From a phage: DNA of 64,000 nucleotides. The notes below the pieces were generated by a model. It made no database searches and was not told where the DNA came from. It saw nothing but the letters and a program-made list of their open reading frames with translations. Below, in pieces: positions 8,936-18,545 of the stretch. A program made the translations under genes and the position numbers. The stretch lies in NCBI GenBank assembly GCA_025832235.1, contig GCA_025832235.1_3649.1, one strand, 5' to 3'. Numbering within the stretch: the first letter of the stretch is position 1; each line of letters begins with the position of its first letter.

Positions 8936-9400
8936 GTGGAAGACGGACGTTTAATGAGGTCTGAACGCAGGCTTATTGTGCAACTGATCCCAGAAACAGC
9001 TTGGTATAATAACCTCCGAAACGCTGTGAAGAAGAGTGAGTGGGATAAGATCCGTAAGAAGTGCTACAGAGAGGCAAACTACACTTGCGAGGTGTGCGGC
9101 GGTAAAGGCAGCAAACATCCAGTGGAGTGTCATGAACTTTACACTTTCGAAGAGGGAGTGATCCGGCTTGTCGGACTGATAGCGTTGTGCCCAGATTGTC
9201 ACACATCGGTACATCCTGGATTAGCAAATATCCGTGGAAAGTATGCTCAGGCAGTTAATCAGTTGGCTAAGGTGAATAAGATCACCAGAGGTATGGCAGA
9301 GGCGTATTACCGAGACTGCTTTGCAGAGTGGCGCGAGCTTAGTAAAGTTCCAGAATGGAAGACTGACTTTTCGTGGATAGAGGGTTACCTTGATGGCTAA
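8936..9400 (+). CDS. zinc-binding HNH-like nuclease domain protein
   Basis: C..C...ECHE...LC..CH...H pattern (CEVCGG...ECHELY...LCPDCHTSVH); GTG start after AAGGGGG RBS. Confidence 0.45.
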   Translation: MEDGRLMRSERRLIVQLIPETAWYNNLRNAVKKSEWDKIRKKCYREANYTCEVCGGKGSKHPVECHELYTFEEGVIRLVGLIALCPDCHTSVHPGLANIRGKYAQAVNQLAKVNKITRGMAEAYYRDCFAEWRELSKVPEWKTDFSWIEGYLDG

Positions 9401-9683
9401 GAGATCTGTAAAAGAGAAATTCGATAAGACAGCTTTTGTATTCGATACACCTCTGGACGATATCATCAGGGGTATGCAAGCCTTGTATCGGAAGGCTGAA
9501 TCTGAGCAGTTGTCTGAATCAGAACTTTACTGGCTTGGTTGGTGGGAGTTAAACCTGCCTAAAGCTGAAAGCTCTTGTCTGAGAACTGTTAAAACGTGCG
9601 CCCAAGAAAACGCTGCACTTGGAATCTACCACAAAAGGAAAAGATCAACAAAAAGCTCTCCAAGAAAGACTAAAAAGTCTTGA
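9393..9683 (+). CDS. hypothetical protein
   Basis: ATG 9393 after GAGGGT RBS; basic C-terminus. Confidence 0.4.
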   Translation: MAKRSVKEKFDKTAFVFDTPLDDIIRGMQALYRKAESEQLSESELYWLGWWELNLPKAESSCLRTVKTCAQENAALGIYHKRKRSTKSSPRKTKKS

Positions 9684-9709
9684 CAAAAGTGTTATTAATC
9701 TGATATTAT
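9680..9709 (+). promoter_or_regulatory. sigma70-like promoter
   Basis: TTGACA 9680-9685, 17 bp spacer, ATATTA/TATTAT; upstream of ORF 9743. Confidence 0.5.
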
Positions 9710-9742
9710 CGGTCAGATATCTATAAACTAGGAGAACTAGGT

Positions 9743-10051
9743 ATGCTTAAAATTTTTATTGTTGAAGATAAAGATATTGTCCAGTTGTATGCAAACGAGA
9801 ATCATAAAGGTATGATTCTGAAGAAGGCAAGCAACCTTCATGAAAACACAATTCAACCTGGCGATGTAATTAAGATCTGTGGTTATATGATACCAGACTC
9901 CTTGATGAAAATAACCCACCACTGGGGGTCTAATCCGTTCCTTTTTGAAAAGTATTGGGATGTTGAGTCACTTATTGCAGAGAGTGATGATGCATTCCAT
10001 TACAGCATCCAACCATCTTGCAGAATAACTAACAGGAGGGTCTTTGAGTAG
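9743..10051 (+). CDS. hypothetical protein
   Basis: ORF downstream of promoter; AGGAGAA RBS. Confidence 0.45.
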   Translation: MLKIFIVEDKDIVQLYANENHKGMILKKASNLHENTIQPGDVIKICGYMIPDSLMKITHHWGSNPFLFEKYWDVESLIAESDDAFHYSIQPSCRITNRRVFE

Positions 10052-11183
10052 AGAATATCCACTTATTGAGTCCATAGATTGTCTGGCTAATCTTCTTGAA
10101 CCTGACGCTATAGTTTATTATGACTTCGATCAGGTTGCATATCAAGCTGCAGCAAGTTGTGAAAAAAGGACAATTGAGGTAACACACAAAGCCTCCGGAC
10201 GTAAGAAGATGTTTAAAACACGAACAGAGTTCTGGGGGCGGCAGAAGAACACCGTTGGTGGTTGGCTAAAAGCTGAGAATACCAACCGTGAAGCCGCATG
10301 TAAAAAGTCTGGTAAGGAGTTTATTCCGTGGACACGTGAAGATTTTGATGTCTTGGATATCCAAACACCTGACCCTGTAGAGAACTGCTTGCACACAATA
10401 AAATGTAAGGCAAATGCAGTTCTTAACTATCTTGGTATTCCGGAAGAGCGATGTGTCGGGGTGTTGGGAGGCACAGGTAACTTCAGACTAGATCTTCCAA
10501 TGCCGGAAAGATACAAAGCCAACCGTAACAATACTCTTCGACCACTGCTGCTTGGAGATGCAAGACAGTATCTCCAAAAGCAGTATAATGCTCAAGTGAT
10601 CAACGGTATCGAGGCTGATGACTGGTTAGCTATCCAGCAATTTGAAGGTTGGAACCACTACCAAAAAACAGGTAAGTTCAACAAGTTTATTATCTCTATT
10701 GATAAGGACCAAAGAACACTACCGGGGCTTGTGTTCGATCCCATGCGAAACGATAAGGGAGATTTTGTAAGGGAAACCCCTATGCTGATCGATAACGGTA
10801 TGGGGAACATCTTCATGAAGCCTAATGGAGAGGTTGGTGGTTACGGAATGCTGTTCTTCGGATACCAAATGCTGTGTGGTGACTCTGCTGACAACATCAA
10901 GCCGTATCAAGGACTTATCGGTAAGGGTAAGTTCGGAGATGCCTCAGCATTCTACCTACTGTCTCAGTGCAGCACTCCAAAGGAGATGTGGGTGGCTATT
11001 ATTGATCAGTACAAGAAGTGGTTCCCGAAAGGTGTTGTTAAGTATACTGACTTCAATGGTATTGATCGTAGAATCTCCGTAGGTCAATGGATGAGTATAA
11101 TTTTTGACTGTTTGTATATGAAGCGAACATTCAATGATCAAACAAAACTTGTTAACGTTCTTAGAAATGTTGGAGCAATTTGA
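10044..11183 (+). CDS. 5'-3' exonuclease / flap endonuclease (T4 RNase H-like)
   Basis: IVYYDFDQVAYQAAAS, IEADDWLAI, GDSADNIKP matching PIN/FEN family motifs. Confidence 0.7.
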   Translation: MSREYPLIESIDCLANLLEPDAIVYYDFDQVAYQAAASCEKRTIEVTHKASGRKKMFKTRTEFWGRQKNTVGGWLKAENTNREAACKKSGKEFIPWTREDFDVLDIQTPDPVENCLHTIKCKANAVLNYLGIPEERCVGVLGGTGNFRLDLPMPERYKANRNNTLRPLLLGDARQYLQKQYNAQVINGIEADDWLAIQQFEGWNHYQKTGKFNKFIISIDKDQRTLPGLVFDPMRNDKGDFVRETPMLIDNGMGNIFMKPNGEVGGYGMLFFGYQMLCGDSADNIKPYQGLIGKGKFGDASAFYLLSQCSTPKEMWVAIIDQYKKWFPKGVVKYTDFNGIDRRISVGQWMSIIFDCLYMKRTFNDQTKLVNVLRNVGAI

Positions 11184-11515
11184 TGACTAAAAATTCTGTA
11201 GATAACGCAATTATGGAAGCTGTTTTTGAGGATGATCACACAACAGGGACACTTAAAACAAAAAATACATTCGTTGTTGCCACAGGTATGTGGCGGTTGT
11301 ATGAAGATGACACCATTTCATACATCCTGTACACGGATGATTACGCAGATGACCGTGTATGGTCTGCTGTTTTAAAAGAGGATTGTGAGCTGATTGAGGG
11401 CGAGCGGTTATGCATGTTCACCAGTGTGGAAACAGATGTTAAGCTTTGCTCTCTCGTATTGTTCAAAGATAAGGCTTATGCTCCTGATGAAGGAGAGGAG
11501 GATGAGGAAGCATGA
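11180..11515 (+). CDS. hypothetical acidic protein
   Basis: ORF, overlapping stop/start with neighbours. Confidence 0.45.
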   Translation: MMTKNSVDNAIMEAVFEDDHTTGTLKTKNTFVVATGMWRLYEDDTISYILYTDDYADDRVWSAVLKEDCELIEGERLCMFTSVETDVKLCSLVLFKDKAYAPDEGEEDEEA

Positions 11516-12141
11516 GAGAGCGTCTATTATCCATAGACCAGTCGTTGACACACACAGCTTGCGTTGTATGGGACGATGGAAAGCCTGTTCATAAGGTTGT
11601 GTTACGAACTCAAAGCTCATCTGCAAAAGAGAAGAAACCAGGGACGGTTTCTTTTGCAACAGCTGCTGAGCGTATCGACTGGATCTGCAAACAGGTCAGA
11701 TATTATATCCACACGCACGGCGTTGACACTGTAGTTATGGAAGGGCTTTCCTTTGGATCACGCGGGGATGCCACACGTGAACTGGCTGGGTTGTTTTACG
11801 GTCTTGAAGTTATGCTTTGGGATGCCTTAGCTGATTGTGAAAATGACGGCCTGTTTAAGGTCCACACAGTGACACCAACAACTGCCAAAAAGTTTGCTCG
11901 TGGTCATCTTCCTGAGGAACTTGCTTTCGAGGAGAAGAAAAAGCTTGACAAAAAGACAGGTAAAGAGCATACTGTGAAGAAACCTGTTACGATGGATAAA
12001 AAGTTGATGGTTAAGGCCTGCGAAGTATCTGAACCTGGGTTCCTAGATGGGATCAATTTGGTACAAGGTAAGGCCGATCTCGCAGATGCTTATTGGATAG
12101 GCAGGGCGCATCTGGAGGGATTATCGCAAAGCGTAAAATAA
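11512..12141 (+). CDS. RuvC-like Holliday junction resolvase (RNase H fold)
   Basis: N-terminal LLSIDQSLTHTACVV, VVMEG, C-terminal DLADAYWIG consistent with RuvC-family acidic residues; inference. Confidence 0.45.
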   Translation: MRERLLSIDQSLTHTACVVWDDGKPVHKVVLRTQSSSAKEKKPGTVSFATAAERIDWICKQVRYYIHTHGVDTVVMEGLSFGSRGDATRELAGLFYGLEVMLWDALADCENDGLFKVHTVTPTTAKKFARGHLPEELAFEEKKKLDKKTGKEHTVKKPVTMDKKLMVKACEVSEPGFLDGINLVQGKADLADAYWIGRAHLEGLSQSVK

Positions 12142-12698
12142 GAAAGAAAGCTGTCAAAGCCCCCGTTCATAACGGGTGGTTAAAAGATTCTAAGGACATA
12201 GCCAACTTTCGAAAAGAATTGTCAGAGGAGCAGGATGGTCTTGATCCTATCTTGTGCGAGCCACTTCGTAAGCCTTGTTTGGATCATGACCATCTGACTG
12301 GTCGTTGCAGGGGTGTTTTGTCCCAATGCACTAATACCTTTGAGGGGTATGTGCTTAAATACTGGATGAAATACTGTAACGAGTATACAGATTGCAGTTT
12401 ATCAGAGGCGTTGCGCCGGATGGCTGACTATTTGGAGAAAGACTACAGCGACTTCCCGCTCCACAAAAACTACAGAGATGATATGACAAAGTTCTTGAGG
12501 AGATGCTCTAAAGCTACGATCATTGCACGAGCAGAATCAGATCTCAATCTTGTCATTAATCCGGAGTGCACCAAGCATGAGGCTATTGAGCTCTACATGC
12601 AGGAGTTTATAAAGAAAACTGAGGAGAGAGATTTCTATGGGGATGAAAAAGGTATTCAATCCTTGCGATTCAGTTCTGATCAGGATGAAATACCGTAA
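12093..12698 (+). CDS. recombination endonuclease VII (T4 gp49-like)
   Basis: LCEPL...CLDHDHLTGRCRGVLSQCTNTFEG = Endo VII zinc/HNH-like core; start uncertain (TTG 12093, no in-frame ATG before motif). Confidence 0.7.
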   Translation: MDRQGASGGIIAKRKIRKKAVKAPVHNGWLKDSKDIANFRKELSEEQDGLDPILCEPLRKPCLDHDHLTGRCRGVLSQCTNTFEGYVLKYWMKYCNEYTDCSLSEALRRMADYLEKDYSDFPLHKNYRDDMTKFLRRCSKATIIARAESDLNLVINPECTKHEAIELYMQEFIKKTEERDFYGDEKGIQSLRFSSDQDEIP

Positions 12699-12858
12699 CT
12701 GGAAAGGTGTTGTTGCAGATCGCTGCGTTACTGAGCCTAATTTATGGTTTGGCTCTACAGAGTATCATAAAGAAGAGCAGTGGTTGATGCGTGCCTTCGA
12801 TGTAGACAAGGGCGAATATCGTGACTTCGCTTTAAAAGACATTCTTCAGTTTTACTAA
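12637..12858 (+). CDS. hypothetical protein
   Basis: ORF overlapping 3' end of endonuclease VII gene. Confidence 0.35.
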   Translation: MGMKKVFNPCDSVLIRMKYRNWKGVVADRCVTEPNLWFGSTEYHKEEQWLMRAFDVDKGEYRDFALKDILQFY

Positions 12859-12870
12859 GGAATCTTAACG

Positions 12871-13854
12871 ATGATGACAAAGTTAACTCTTGAGCAAATT
12901 TTAACACTAAAGCAACAGGGATACACTAATAGACAAATTGCTCGTGAATTTTTAGGCCGTGAGTCACGTGAGAGCTGGATCCGACTACAGCTTAAACGTG
13001 CACAAGAGAATATGTCAGAGATTGTAGGAGAAGCAACGGAGCGCTTCCTTGAAGAGCACAAAGGTGCTAAAGTTTGGGTGTATGATACAGAGACATCTCC
13101 AACAAACGGCTGGTTCTTTGGGCACTATAAGACCAACATTCAAACCTGCGGTATTGAAATTATGCCCTACATGCTAACTTTCGCAGGTAAGTGGTTAGAC
13201 AGTCCTAGTGTGGTTGACTGCGCTCTTCCTGATTACAAAATGTGGGATGAGGATATTCACAATGATCTCGAATTGATTCAGGATTTGTGGTATTATCTGG
13301 ATAAATGTGATGTCGCAGTAGCCCACAATTCAGGTTTTGACTGTGGGTGGGCCAACCAACGATTTGCATTTCACGGATTGCCTCCAACAAGCCCCTACAA
13401 AGAGGTTGACACCCTTAAAATGATCAAGAAGGCATTCCGTTTGAATGCAAACACTTTGGAGTATGCATGCAAATACTTCCAACTTGCCCGACAGAAACTG
13501 ATTGACCACACATTTGAAATGTGGATCAAGTGTGTTCACGGTGATCTTGAGGCGTTTAAACAGATGCGGGAGTACAATGTTGGCGATATCCTATCTCTGG
13601 AAGGCCTGTATTTGCTGGCTCGCCCGTTTGCTAAGCAGCACCCCAACATGTCATTGTACTACCAGGATGAGGAGCCAAAAGTTCGTTGCCCACGCTGTGG
13701 TGGAGAACACCTTCACGAGGAAGAAGCTTTGGCGTATACTCAACTGAGTGCATTTAAAACATACCGCTGCGAAGGTTGTGGATCTGTTGTTCGTGACCGT
13801 AACAACATCCGCACCAGAGAAGAAATGAAAAATACCCTGATTCAGATAATCTAA
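12871..13854 (+). CDS. DEDD-family 3'-5' exonuclease with N-terminal HTH
   Basis: Exo I VYDTETSP, Exo II AHNSGFD, Exo III YNVGDILSLEGLY; N-terminal LKQQGYTNRQIAREF; C-terminal CxxC pairs. Confidence 0.6.
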   Translation: MMTKLTLEQILTLKQQGYTNRQIAREFLGRESRESWIRLQLKRAQENMSEIVGEATERFLEEHKGAKVWVYDTETSPTNGWFFGHYKTNIQTCGIEIMPYMLTFAGKWLDSPSVVDCALPDYKMWDEDIHNDLELIQDLWYYLDKCDVAVAHNSGFDCGWANQRFAFHGLPPTSPYKEVDTLKMIKKAFRLNANTLEYACKYFQLARQKLIDHTFEMWIKCVHGDLEAFKQMREYNVGDILSLEGLYLLARPFAKQHPNMSLYYQDEEPKVRCPRCGGEHLHEEEALAYTQLSAFKTYRCEGCGSVVRDRNNIRTREEMKNTLIQII

Positions 13855-13862
13855 CAATTATA

Positions 13863-13890
13863 GGGAGGCTTGCGCCTCCCTTTTCCTTTT
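13863..13890 (+). terminator. rho-independent terminator
   Basis: GGGAGGC-ttgc-GCCTCCC then TTTTCCTTTT, right after stop at 13854. Confidence 0.65.
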
Positions 13891-13899
13891 GGAGGCACT

Positions 13900-14718
13900 T
13901 TGAGCAAGAAAGAGTCCAACGACAAATACTACACAAACCCTGAGTATGCAGAATATCTTGTTGGTAAAGTAAAAGATAAGTATGGGAATTGTGCATACGT
14001 TGAGCCTTCTGCTGGAAGGGGTTCTTTTTCAAAACTATTTTCAGAGATACTGTCGTACGATTTAGTACCAGATCCTGAATTTGAAGGACCAACACCGTGC
14101 ATTCAGGCAAACTTCTTGGAGGTGCATCCCAAGGCAGATGTCTTCATAGGTAACCCACCATTTGGCAAGAATTCATCCTTAGCTTGCAAATTCTTTAACC
14201 ATTGTGCATCATTGCTAGAGCTTGGAGGGGCTATAGCCTTCATCTTGCCACGGACATTTGAAAAAATATTTTTTGCAAACAAACTGGACATGTCGATGCA
14301 CCTTGTCTACAGCGAAAGGTGCCCTAAGAATTCGTTTTTACTTAATGGCAAACCTTATGACGTGCCATGTGTTTTCCAAATTTGGGAGAAAAAGGCGTGC
14401 AATAGGGATCCTGTAGAGATTGGAGAGAATAAGTTATTTTCTTTTAGCACACCAGATGACTACGACTTCTGTGTAAGACGTGTTGGGTATAATGCTGGAA
14501 AAGTATTGGGGGATGATGACCCAAAATCTGAAGAATCAACATATTTCATAAAATCTTTAGTTAACGGTGTTGACAGAGTGTTTGCTGAATGCTATTCTTC
14601 TTTTCAAGAAGAAGCAGGTAAGACTGCTGGAATGAAGAGTATAGGTAAGAAAGAACTACAATACATTTTGGAGACCAGGTATGATCAAAAGCATAGACTT
14701 GACCAAAGAACTTACTGA
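13900..14718 (+). CDS. N6-adenine DNA methyltransferase (NPPF type)
   Basis: motif I EPSAGRGSF, motif IV FIGNPPFG; start set to TTG 13900 after GGAGG (ORF-track start lies inside the terminator). Confidence 0.6.
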   Translation: MSKKESNDKYYTNPEYAEYLVGKVKDKYGNCAYVEPSAGRGSFSKLFSEILSYDLVPDPEFEGPTPCIQANFLEVHPKADVFIGNPPFGKNSSLACKFFNHCASLLELGGAIAFILPRTFEKIFFANKLDMSMHLVYSERCPKNSFLLNGKPYDVPCVFQIWEKKACNRDPVEIGENKLFSFSTPDDYDFCVRRVGYNAGKVLGDDDPKSEESTYFIKSLVNGVDRVFAECYSSFQEEAGKTAGMKSIGKKELQYILETRYDQKHRLDQRTY

Positions 14719-15139
14719 TGCAAAAGCTTTTGGTGAGACAGCGGTACAAAGAGGACAGGCGATGGGACTGGCACTACCTTTCGTCTTAAAAGAGCACTTT
14801 ACAGATTTTCAACTTATCAAAGGTGATAAGGGAATGCTTATCCTGGAGCATAAGTTGAGTAAGAAACGCTATAAAGTCGTTTTTAATTCTAAAGCTCCAA
14901 CAAAACTGGGATTCAGAACTTACAATCTTAACCCATCCTACACTAAGGGTGTTGGAAGGGTAGAACAACAGCATTTCAGTGCCAGAGCTTCTTTAGCCCC
15001 TTTGATGCTAAATTTCTCAGGGGTGGCTTTAGGATACCTTGATAAGAAAAGAGTTCTTCATGTCCGTTTCACAGACTTTGTAACGCTTTTAGCTAACAAC
15101 GAGGTTGATGAAAAGGGACGTGTAAAAACAAACTTCTAA
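14681..15139 (+). CDS. hypothetical protein
   Basis: ORF. Confidence 0.4.
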   Translation: MIKSIDLTKELTDAKAFGETAVQRGQAMGLALPFVLKEHFTDFQLIKGDKGMLILEHKLSKKRYKVVFNSKAPTKLGFRTYNLNPSYTKGVGRVEQQHFSARASLAPLMLNFSGVALGYLDKKRVLHVRFTDFVTLLANNEVDEKGRVKTNF

Positions 15140-15154
15140 TAACGCATAGTATGA

Positions 15155-15358
15155 TTGGAGACCGAAATGACACTAGAGTTAACAATTCCAGACAGCTTTT
15201 CAGAAAACTTTATCCCAGAAATGATGAGTAAGATGCGATCATTGCTTGATCAGATTGAGGAGGCTGTTTGGGAAGACGACGCTGTAGTGGCTAACGAGCT
15301 GGTAGATAAGTGTAAAAGTATTATTGATGCAGTTGAAGAATACCATGGAGGTTTTTGA
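15155..15358 (+). CDS. hypothetical acidic protein
   Basis: ORF with GGAGAC RBS. Confidence 0.4.
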   Translation: METEMTLELTIPDSFSENFIPEMMSKMRSLLDQIEEAVWEDDAVVANELVDKCKSIIDAVEEYHGGF

Positions 15359-15972
15359 TGGATATTATTGTTCTTAACGCCCCACCCAGCAGTGGTAAGG
15401 ATCACATTGCAGATCTCTTGTTGGAAGCTATTCCTAACTCACACCACCGTGAGGTTAAGGAGATGCTCTTCAGTGTGGCAATTAAGGCAGCTGGTGTAAC
15501 TCCTCAACTCTGGAATGCACTTTATGACCGCCACTACAAAGAAGAGCCTTGCCCTTTCTTAATGATAGACGGCAAGCATGTTTCTCCGCGAGAATGGATG
15601 ATCCATTGTAGTGAAAATCTGATTAAACCTATCTTTGGTGAAGATGCTTTCGGTAAAGCCGCAGTCGCATCTTTGAAGAAAGATTTCCCTGAAGGTAAAG
15701 GGGTTATTGTTTACTCCGATGGGGGATTCAAAGAGGAGCTGGCATGCCTTAGCGAGTACGCATACAGCACAGGTGGAGATCTGTTGTTGTTCCGTATTCA
15801 CCGTGTAGGATATGACTGGGGAAATGATTCCAGAACCTATCTAAGTCTGGAAAAGAACGGAATAAAAGGGGTTGAGTTTGATGTTGTAAACCCTGAAGGT
15901 GCACCTTGGGAGTGTGCATCGGAGATTGTGTGCAAGTATATTGATGTTAAAGAGGCCCAAGAAGAATGTTAA
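15355..15972 (+). CDS. deoxynucleoside monophosphate kinase-like P-loop protein
   Basis: N-terminal IVLNAPPSSGKDHIADLL resembles T4 gp1 dNMP kinase P-loop. Confidence 0.5.
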   Translation: MMDIIVLNAPPSSGKDHIADLLLEAIPNSHHREVKEMLFSVAIKAAGVTPQLWNALYDRHYKEEPCPFLMIDGKHVSPREWMIHCSENLIKPIFGEDAFGKAAVASLKKDFPEGKGVIVYSDGGFKEELACLSEYAYSTGGDLLLFRIHRVGYDWGNDSRTYLSLEKNGIKGVEFDVVNPEGAPWECASEIVCKYIDVKEAQEEC

Positions 15973-16559
15973 TCGGAATTGATGTAGATCTGACACTGGT
16001 AGATTCAGGAACAGCATGGTGGGAGTGGTTGGAGCGTTTGTATGGTCCAGCCAGTAAGACAGTAGCTAAACCTTCTAATGGGCTAATGTATTACGATCTG
16101 TCAAAGTATTGGCCTGATCGTCCCAAAGAAAACATCATAGGACCTTTTGATTTCTGGAGTGATCCGTTCCTCTACGACTTCCTTAAGCCTGAAGAGGGGG
16201 CTATTGAGGTTATGAAAGATTTGGTGGCTCGTGGTCACAAGCTTGCATTTATCTCGGTATGCAAGAAAGGTCACCTTGCATCTAAATCAAGGTTCTTAAA
16301 GCGTTGGACCAGTGATTTTATGGATCTGGACGACCACACCCAGGGCCACGGCTTCTACGCCACACATTTCAAAGGGAATGTGGCTGTAGATGTTATAATT
16401 GACGACAGGCATGAATACCTGAACCAATTCGCTTCACGACCTGAAGTTATTAAAATCCTAAAAGATACGCCTTATGAGCAATTCGAGGAGTTAAAGGTCA
16501 GTGTTGACTATACCGCTAATAGCTGGTATAAAATAGGAAAATTTTTAGAAGGTATTTGA
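15966..16559 (+). CDS. HAD-superfamily hydrolase (nucleotidase-like)
   Basis: HAD motif I GIDVDLTLVDSG near N-terminus. Confidence 0.55.
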   Translation: MLIGIDVDLTLVDSGTAWWEWLERLYGPASKTVAKPSNGLMYYDLSKYWPDRPKENIIGPFDFWSDPFLYDFLKPEEGAIEVMKDLVARGHKLAFISVCKKGHLASKSRFLKRWTSDFMDLDDHTQGHGFYATHFKGNVAVDVIIDDRHEYLNQFASRPEVIKILKDTPYEQFEELKVSVDYTANSWYKIGKFLEGI

Positions 16560-16560
16560 A

Positions 16561-16761
16561 ATGGGCAGATGTTCTAAAGGTGGCGATCCTGTAGTCAGAT
16601 ATGGTGACTGGCTAGAGGTGTATGATCTAGGAGGTAAGCTAGTGTATGCCTCCAGGATCACCCAAGATATGTGCTCTGATATGTTTAACAGATACCTTGC
16701 ATTTAAGGCCAATATAAACCCAGACGAAATTTCCAAAATTAAAACAAGGAGAGCTAAATAA
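16561..16761 (+). CDS. hypothetical protein
   Basis: ORF. Confidence 0.4.
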   Translation: MGRCSKGGDPVVRYGDWLEVYDLGGKLVYASRITQDMCSDMFNRYLAFKANINPDEISKIKTRRAK

Positions 16762-17744
16762 TGCTAAAACTGTGCACTGCAAAGATCATTGCTGACAGCA
16801 TTTCCGAGAAAGGTAAGCGCATCACCACTTTTGAGCTAGAGTATCCTCGAATTATTCACTCAGAGCTTATGACGCATCGAGTATTCAGCCGAAACGCCAT
16901 GTCTTCCCGTGCAGTGCCTGTCGGCAAGATGCTGCAGCAGATTGTGGAGAATCCGGCAATGCCAGTTCGCTTCGGTGTAAATAAGCGAGGAATGGAAGAT
17001 GGTGGGGAACACGATCAAAAGATCCGTGTAGAGTACACTGACATGGAGCTAACTCCTGAAGAGTTTTGGAAAGAAGCTGCAAAAAACGCCGCTTGGCATG
17101 CAGAGAAGTTCGCCCTTGCTGGTTACCATAAGCAAGTATGTAACCGCTTAGTGGAGCCGTTCCAGCGCATGAAAACAGTTGTAACAAGCACCGAGTGGAA
17201 TAATTTTTTCCACCTCCGTTGCTGGCACGATGCGGATCCTACGATTCAGATGTTAGCTAATTGTATGTGGGAGGCTCTTGAGAATAGCACTCCTGAAATC
17301 CTTAAACCGGGTCAATGGCACACCCCATATGTAGAGCACGTTTATTTGGACGGAGAGTTTAACTACGCTGTACGTGACACAGAAGGAAAGCTCTGCATTC
17401 TCGATACTAAAGAAGCTCTGTCTATCAGTGCTAGTTGCTGTGCACAAGTATCTTATCGAAATATTGACAGCACGTTTGAAAAGGCAGATAGTGTGGCTAA
17501 AAAATTGATTGGTGGGGATCGTATTCATGCAAGCCCTTACGAGCACCAGGCAACACCTATGGATCACGATAACGCAATGGAACGTTTAAACTACTACCTG
17601 TCTTCATGTGAAATCACGCAAGACATCAGTACTTGGCAGGAAGGTGTAACCCATCAAGACCGTGATGGTAAATTCTGGTCTGCCAACTTTTGTGGGTGGG
17701 TTCAGCACAGACAACTGCTTAATAACCACTTCGTGAAAGGTTAA
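16761..17744 (+). CDS. thyX: flavin-dependent thymidylate synthase ThyX
   Basis: ThyX signature ELMTHRVFSRNAMSSRAVP (RHR...S motif); AAGGAGAG RBS. Confidence 0.85.
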   Translation: MLKLCTAKIIADSISEKGKRITTFELEYPRIIHSELMTHRVFSRNAMSSRAVPVGKMLQQIVENPAMPVRFGVNKRGMEDGGEHDQKIRVEYTDMELTPEEFWKEAAKNAAWHAEKFALAGYHKQVCNRLVEPFQRMKTVVTSTEWNNFFHLRCWHDADPTIQMLANCMWEALENSTPEILKPGQWHTPYVEHVYLDGEFNYAVRDTEGKLCILDTKEALSISASCCAQVSYRNIDSTFEKADSVAKKLIGGDRIHASPYEHQATPMDHDNAMERLNYYLSSCEITQDISTWQEGVTHQDRDGKFWSANFCGWVQHRQLLNNHFVKG

Positions 17745-17773
17745 TCCTATCACAGCGATAGGTAACTTTTGTG

Positions 17774-17802
17774 TTGACTAATAGTATTAGATAATCTATA
17801 AT
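17774..17802 (+). promoter_or_regulatory. sigma70 consensus promoter
   Basis: TTGACT 17774-17779, 17 bp spacer, TATAAT 17797-17802; preceded by hairpin CCTATC-acagc-GATAGG. Confidence 0.65.
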
Positions 17803-17830
17803 AATGGCTCACTTTGTTGGTGAGCCAGAA

Positions 17831-18304
17831 ATGGAGACAGATATGAGTAATGTTATGATTCCTAAAAAGACATTTATTTCAGTTACTTTAGATTTTCTAT
17901 CTACCGTCCCCGGGTTTAACGTTCGCACACGAAACGGTCTCCGAGCTGCACTCTTTGCCGTAGGGTTTGATTTAAAAAGTATTGATGTTCTTCGTGGAAA
18001 AAACGTTCGATGCAAAAATAAGCCAACACATTATCGAAAGGCAGATGTATTTGCTGGTGTCATGCGTGCAGACTTTAGATACCCACAAATGTATAACGGT
18101 GTAGATATTTTAGATGTAGATAAAGCACCTGGTGAGGCAATGCTTGTTCAAGATCTCCCGTATGATATCCCTGTAGAGGATCGTGTTAATGTAAGAAAGT
18201 ATACAAAACAATCTGAAAAGGCTGAAGATATTCATATTGTTGATGAACCTTTCAATTTTGAAGATCTGCATCGCCTGGAAAAATTATTCGGTATTGAAAG
18301 CTAA
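17831..18304 (+). CDS. hypothetical protein
   Basis: ATG 17804 would precede the transcript start, so start moved to ATG 17831. Confidence 0.45.
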   Translation: METDMSNVMIPKKTFISVTLDFLSTVPGFNVRTRNGLRAALFAVGFDLKSIDVLRGKNVRCKNKPTHYRKADVFAGVMRADFRYPQMYNGVDILDVDKAPGEAMLVQDLPYDIPVEDRVNVRKYTKQSEKAEDIHIVDEPFNFEDLHRLEKLFGIES

Positions 18305-18314
18305 GGTGGTGAAG

Positions 18315-18545
18315 ATGAGTCATAACTCCAAGTGGAAGGATCTTGGTTTTGCAAGTCGGGCAGAGTATGTTGGTTGGCTTTGGTTCAATGGCCTGACAAA
18401 CGATATTAAAATGTATGATGATGTCTATTATGACGAGTATACAGGTAAAATTATAAATATCTCTGTAGAAGAGGATACTTTTATCCAGCAAGATACTGAT
18501 ACCTGCCTTGATAAATACGTTAGTGAAGTGGAGGAAGCAAATTGA
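18315..18545 (+). CDS. hypothetical protein
   Basis: ATG 18315 after AAGGTGGTGAAG RBS. Confidence 0.4.
   Translation: MSHNSKWKDLGFASRAEYVGWLWFNGLTNDIKMYDDVYYDEYTGKIINISVEEDTFIQQDTDTCLDKYVSEVEEAN

Noticed and set aside
12093-12141. ATG start for endonuclease VII
   Set aside because: No in-frame ATG precedes the catalytic motif; start is probably the TTG at 12093 or another non-ATG codon, left as uncertain.
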